Of a DNA stretch of 23,431 nt, positions 18,366 through 23,431 are shown one piece after another. The stretch's first letter is position 1; each line of letters begins with the position of its first letter. The position numbers and the translations under genes are program-made. The stretch lies in NCBI RefSeq assembly GCF_006345805.1, contig NW_021836606.1, positions 1 to 23,431 on the forward strand. The letters run 5' to 3'. The DNA is from Octopus sinensis. Taxonomy: Eukaryota. The notes under the pieces were generated by a model. The model ran no database searches and was not told where the DNA came from. It saw only the letters and a program-made list of their open reading frames with translations.

Positions 18366-18433
<68 letters not shown>
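18292..18433. repeat. (TA)n microsatellite
   Basis: Direct inspection. Confidence 0.97.
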
Positions 18434-18440
<7 letters not shown>

Positions 18441-18814
18441 AGGATAAGATCGTTATTTAAATACCGATCTTATCAAGTGGCCAGCATGGGAATAAAAACC
18501 TTCAAAGGTAATTATTATTATTAAAATTATAATTTAGGGTATCTAAGAGATACCGCCACATTAGAACTGGCAGCCAAAACTTGACTCTAAAACCACATTA
18601 AATGTTCATACAGCTCCAGGAGAGAAGACAAGAGACAAAATAAACTAGCAAAACAAAAAAATTACTGGATATATATGGAGGACTTGTACAAAATGTATAA
18701 TTGGATGATGAATAAAGCACCGATTACCTGTTGTTATCCGTATATATAGGTATACACACACACACACATATATAATACCTGCATACACGTACAAAGACAT
18801 ATATACATACGCGT

Positions 18815-18854
<40 letters not shown>

Positions 18855-19364
18855 GTATATGACATACACACATCACACATATACACGCGCATTTCGTTTG
18901 GAGAGAGAGAGGCGGGTCCTTTGTGCTGGTGTATATTTACATATATACACAGAATAAGGACCTTTGCATTCTAGAGGCCAGTGAATGTAACCTAGACGAG
19001 ACAACATAATGTCATTTAGTCCTTAAGTTTCCCTTAGAAACCCCACCGTTAGTACACACATACTTACATGCATAAATACACACATACAACACGCATGCAT
19101 TACTTACATATACAATATACAGGCATACATGTGCATACACACATAGACACACATACATCGGTTTGTGTGCGTGCGTGTGCGTGTCTGTGTGTTTGTGTGT
19201 AAAACCGGTTTGGACTAAGTAACTTTGCCCTGAGAGAAGGAGTTGAGGCGGCCAAGGCTTGGCTGGCGTCAAAGCTTGTTATTCACTCATCAAAATTGTC
19301 ATGTAAATCACTCTCTGCTCCACTGGTGGACAACACTGACATATTATTCTCATTGTTTCTGCAG

Positions 19365-19435
19365 GCTGAGTTTGCAAGACAAGACACGAGAGTTGTGGCT
19401 ATCAGCATTCAAGCCCGGAGTGTGCGGGTTACCAC
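19365..19435 (+). other. Candidate 71-nt internal exon (unconfirmed)
   Basis: Branch-like CTGAC (19336-40), pyrimidine tract TTATTCTCATTGTTTCTGCAG ending 19364, donor-like CAC|GTGAGA at 19436; two open frames; no recognisable protein family. Confidence 0.3.
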
Positions 19436-19807
19436 GTGAGACACGTGCCGCTACCGACCAACAGCTGTTGTCGCATGTAACACGGATCTGGCTGTCAGCC
19501 TAGTCTGTCGTCAAGATCGCCCAACTGGCCTCCTTTCGTAGAGAACTACAAGTAGTTTCTATATCCGGTGGCTCTGGTGAAATAGGTCAAGTTGTGAATT
19601 GAGAATGATAGCAGTGAGGACAAGGCCTTCACCTCGCGGACAGGACAATACTGGGAGCGAAATTAACGGTTTCTTTCTGTCGCCGTCAGAAATATTCCAA
19701 CGAAGTTATTAAACCATTGGAAGTCTGTAACCACGAAGCAATTGTTCGCCAATTCCGATACAAATCAATAAATAAGCGCTGCTCCCTAAAAATTGCGTCT
19801 TTCGACT

Positions 19808-19809
<2 letters not shown>

Positions 19810-19857
<48 letters not shown>

Positions 19858-20030
19858 GTTATTATTGTTATTATTGTTATTATTATTATTATTATTATCA
19901 TTATTATTAATATTATTATTATTATTATTATTATTATTAGGAGTAGTAGTAGTAGTAGTAGCAGTAGTAGTAGTAGTAGTAGTAGTAATAGTAGTAGTAG
20001 TAGTAGTAGTGGCGGTGGTGGCAGCAGTAG
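19810..20030. repeat. (TTA)n followed by (TAG)n microsatellite
   Basis: Direct inspection; source of the poly-I/L/S/N ORFs. Confidence 0.96.
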
Positions 20031-20734
20031 CGGCGTTACCATATATTTTGATGAATATGAAGCAGGTGTTTATTCTCGATTGCAAAAAAAAATAATAAAA
20101 TATATATATATATATAGATATACATATATGAACCAGGGAAATAATTCAAATGGGCCAGTGCCATGGCTTTAAAAAAATTAGATATTCCTTCTGAACACAA
20201 AATCTTTTAAATTTAATTCTCTTCTTTACGAAATTATTTCCCCTCTTTCAATCAATTAAAAAATTTTCACATGAGCCATTCATTTCATCACCGAATTATT
20301 TTCCTAGATGATAGTTTACACCTGTCCCAGGCCTTTGTCCTCCTCTCTTTCACTTCACATTCAGCCGCACAAAACCAGGATGAACGATGGTTTCTATTTT
20401 CCCCCAGTGACTTCCAATGTTTCTCTGTAACATACCCCTTATACCCGAATTGAGAAAATAGATACCCCATATGCAATCTTGCCGCACTCCTTACCATATT
20501 GGACGCCTCGTGGTAGACCGAGCTTCGCAAACTCTTCACATTGGCCATACATGTTTCAAAAGTGAAATTTTGCGTGACATTAACTTTTATTATCACTTAG
20601 ATACGTTATCACGTGTCAGCAGTCACGTGTCTAATTGTAGATAAAATGGTTAAACCTTAGATATGTTTCGTTGCCCAAATATTTCATTAAAATGAGATTT
20701 GAGTGAATCTTACGACGCACCATGAGATTATCGG

Positions 20735-20776
20735 CGGCACACTAATGTGGCACAACACAGAGTTTGGAAAACACTA
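20735..20776 (-). mobile_element. Possible solo hAT (Charlie-like) terminus
   Basis: The reverse complement TAGTGTTTTCCAAACTCTGTGTTGTGCCACATTAGTGTGCCG resembles CAGTGTTTCCCAAAC..GTGCCG hAT ends (recalled); no partner TIR found. Confidence 0.3.
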
Positions 20777-20931
20777 GTCACGGGTATCTTGACACCTTGA
20801 CTAGAAACCACCGCATTACATGATTGTTGGGTCTGCTAAAAATAGTAGACACACTTCCCTCAAGTTACACACTTTGCTGTCTTTCTAATTTTAAAACAAC
20901 ATTCGATATATTATAAAAAATTAATCTTCTC

Positions 20932-21023
20932 CATCTCTGACGAGCCGAAGTATTGTCTATCGATGTGTATCAACAATGGATTCCATTATAATGACAATAC
21001 TTCCGTGAAACGATCATAAGATG
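20932..21023 (+). ncRNA. Type I hammerhead-like motif with long stem II, decayed by CpG-type changes
   Basis: CATCT(20932-36)-CTGACGA(20937-43)-GCC GAAGTATTGTC...GACAATACTTC CGT-GAAA(21007-10)-CGATCAT-A-AGATG(21019-23); 11-bp perfect stem II segment; near-palindrome ACGAUCAU. Confidence 0.7.
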
Positions 21024-21534
21024 CATTAATTAACAAATTTTTAAACTGTCATGTTTCATATATTAATATATATTTTAAATAGAATGCTATTTTAGACATA
21101 TATATCTTCGTGAGGATTTTTTTTATATTGAATTTCATGCTATTATTTCAAACTGCAGTGTATATAATCGCTCGTATTAATGTCTAAATACTTTATCTCC
21201 ATATATAAGAGGCAGGATATGTGTGTGTTTGTGTGTGTGTTTGTACGTGAATGTAATTTATGCACGTCCACAAATTAGCACGTATGTCACTCCAGTTTTA
21301 GGAAGACATTCGTTATGACTCTAACTGTATTTTTGTTAACATATTTTTTCCAGAGGCACCAGCGGATAGCAGTAAAAATAAATTTTCAACCAAATCTTTT
21401 AACAATTTTCAAGTCGGAGAAATCACTATTCTTTGCAAACAGGAGTTAAATCCCCTTCTAGCGACGAGTTAGTTTTTAAGACTTTTGTTGTTTTTTTTCC
21501 ATCGAGGAAAATAGTGATTTGTTGATATACGGGC

Positions 21535-21535
<1 letters not shown>

Positions 21536-21610
<75 letters not shown>

Positions 21611-21625
21611 CACACACACAAACAA
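21536..21625. repeat. (CA)n microsatellite
   Basis: Direct inspection. Confidence 0.97.
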
Positions 21626-21711
21626 ACATATATGCGTACAAAAAACTGTATGCAATAGGTGTGCGTACGTACGTGTGTATGTGTGTGTGCCCATATATAT
21701 ATATTTATATG

Positions 21712-21914
21712 GAGAGTTTACGAAAAAAATCAAAAGACGAAGACAGGTGGTGTATAAAACAAACAGATGTATTAGTATAACGCTCAGGAATAGAAAAAGT
21801 CTTTTACGTTTCGAGCCTACGCTCTTCTACAGAAGGGACACAAAAAAAAACAAGGAGAGAAAAAAAGGAGAGAGAAAAATATGTGTAGTGGCTACCGATC
21901 ATCAATGGCGACTG
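21712..21914 (-). mobile_element. Penelope-like terminal fragment, family P1, copy 2
   Basis: The reverse complement is homologous to 4363-4550; (TA)n on both sides. Confidence 0.6.
21799..21840 (-). ncRNA. Minimal hammerhead-like motif, core variant CUGUAGA (A6U), second copy
   Basis: Sense TGTCCCTT-CTGTAGA-A-GAGC-GTAG-GCTC-GAAA-CGT-A-AAAGAC; core identical to 4431-4458. Confidence 0.55.
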
Positions 21915-21918
21915 ATGC

Positions 21919-21982
<64 letters not shown>

Positions 21983-21985
21983 ATA

Positions 21986-22098
21986 ACCAATTTCGCCCAA
22001 ATTTGACGTAGATGTTTCTTGGTTTGGTTTGAAATAAAGAACTTGATTAGCTTAATAATCCTAACTTAATCCCGGGCAAAGCCGGGTTATACTGCTAG
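21986..22098 (+). mobile_element. Helitron 3' terminus (non-autonomous fragment)
   Basis: GC-rich hairpin CCCGGGCAAAGCCGGG (22071-86), 8-nt spacer, CTAG (22095-98) followed by T: the canonical Helitron 3' end; preceded by (TA)n 21919-21984. Confidence 0.78.
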
Positions 22099-22384
22099 TA
22101 ATGTTAATATTTTGGACATTTTATACAAAAAGCATTCATTATAAATTCAGTGTATAATATTCTAACAAAATATATTTAATTAATGATACAGAAATAGAAG
22201 GAATCATTAGATACACGACCTTTGAAGAAAAACGCGACGGTAAGGGTTAAAAGGGTCTTTGAGCATAGGTTGGTAGCAACAACAGTTATCCAGAATTATT
22301 AACCCTAATTTTCTCCACTGAAGTCCCTTAAAATTCCCTTTTCATTTAACCATTGAATCGTCTCAGCGAAAGAAGGAGTCACTA

Positions 22385-22550
22385 CATGGTCATTTGAACT
22401 GCTAGAAATAGCAATCAAAACTCCTACCAGTCAAATTCTAGGGTAGACATATTACATAGTTCAGCCTAGTACAAGATGGTCATAGTTGGAATGCCTTTGC
22501 ACATAAGCCTGCTCGATGAAGACCAAAGTACGTTAAAGCAACAACAACAA
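22385..22550 (+). mobile_element. Repeat family D copy with (AAC)n tail
   Basis: GGTCATTTGAACTGCTAGAAATAGC...CAAGATGGTCATAGTTGGAATGCCTTTG...AAAGCAACAACAACAA; related fragments at 6371-6540, 11329-11396, 13550-13625, 16545-16702 and 20829-20890. Confidence 0.65.
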
Positions 22551-23110
22551 TAACCCCTGATTCCGATGAAGTTAATATGTGTCAAGCACCGAAATCAATT
22601 TATTGATGTATCAATACATCAATATATCGACTATCCTCTTCCCCCACATTTGAAGTTAATTATCAATATCGATCTGAGCCAACGAAGATGTCTCGAAGTG
22701 GTTGAGTGACCTGCTAAATGTAGCAACCCAGTAACCTTTAAAAACATAATAAAGAAAAAGATGGCAACCGATAGTGGGGTCCTGGAACTTGCACTGGAAT
22801 GCCGTTGCACGTGAGCCGGCGCGGCCCAGGGTGGTAGAGCCGAGTTATCAGTAACCAGTGGATTGCTTTGGAGGCAACAACAACAGGCATTTCTTGGCGG
22901 AGGAGTATGTGTAGTTCCTCTCTGTGACAAAGTTGGCAATTACAATTTCCATACAATTACAAGTTCCATTACAAGTTGTCAAAGATACTACGTGATGTTG
23001 TGGCAGTCATGCCGACGTTTCAGATGCTTTCTAGGTAAAGTGCAAGCGAAAGGAAGAGAGAACGAGAGACAGCGCGTTGAGTGAGTAAAAGTTCGATCTG
23101 CTGTATATAG

Positions 23111-23190
23111 CAGACCCGAATAAAGTCGAGCAGATCCCAATAAAGTCGAGCAGACCCGAGTAGAGTCGAGCAGAACCGAGAAAACCGATC
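23111..23190. repeat. 20-bp minisatellite, ~4 units
   Basis: CAGACCCGAATAAAGTCGAG / CAGATCCCAATAAAGTCGAG / CAGACCCGAGTAGAGTCGAG / CAGAACCGAGAAAACCGATC. Confidence 0.88.
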
Positions 23191-23237
23191 AGACTCGCTA
23201 TATCTAGCAACATACTATACATATATATTCTTTTCTA

Positions 23238-23431
23238 CCGAAAGGATGAAAGGCAAAGTCGACCTCGGCAGAATTTGAACTCAGAACGTAGCGGCAGACG
23301 AAATACCTATTTCTTTACTATCCACAAGGGGCTAAACACAAGAAGACAACAAGGACAGACAAACGGATTAAGTCGATTATATCAACCCCAGTGCGTAACT
23401 GGTACTTATTTAATCGCCCCCGAAAGGATGA
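23238..23431 (-). mobile_element. SINE-B dimer running off the window end, same head-to-tail junction as 17.5 kb
   Basis: Sense ...TTAGCCCCTTGTGGATAGTAAAGAAATA|GGTATTTCGTCTGCCGCTACGTTCTGAGTTCAAATTCTGCCGAGGTCGAC...; junction at 23300-23313. Confidence 0.88.

Noticed and set aside
20288-20596. 102-aa minus-strand ORF next to a possible hAT terminus
   Set aside because: No BED finger, DDE or other motif recognisable; not supportable as a gene or transposase without a database search.

Overview
This is eukaryotic, AT-rich, repeat-saturated non-coding DNA (intron or intergenic). The SINE and microsatellite landscape looks like a coleoid cephalopod (Octopus-like), but that is an inference from recalled repeat families and was not verified. 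There is no intact protein-coding gene: almost every ORF in the track is translated microsatellite, and the real coding remnants are decayed transposons. These are R4/Dong-like REL LINEs (x3), a CR1/L2-like LINE 3' end, a DD37D Tc1/mariner, a mariner MITE and possibly a pogo relic. Other repeats are three tRNA-derived SINE families (here A, B, C), a fourth unclassified repeat (D), a DINE-1/Helentron-like element and a Helitron 3' end. The most notable signal is invisible to the ORF track: six type I hammerhead-ribozyme-like motifs. One is fully canonical with an unusually long stem II and a perfect palindromic stem III (18073-18161, minus). One has the same architecture but CpG-type decay (20932-21023, plus). 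Four are minimal Penelope-type motifs from two families, one of which carries a fixed A6U core variant. Further leads: a recurrent palindromic head-to-tail multimer junction in SINE-B, REL-LINE copies whose 5' ends abut (ACAT)n arrays, a SINE/LINE pair sharing a covarying 3' stem-loop, and an empty-versus-filled insertion site pair inside the window. All structures were derived by eye and need computational and biochemical confirmation.
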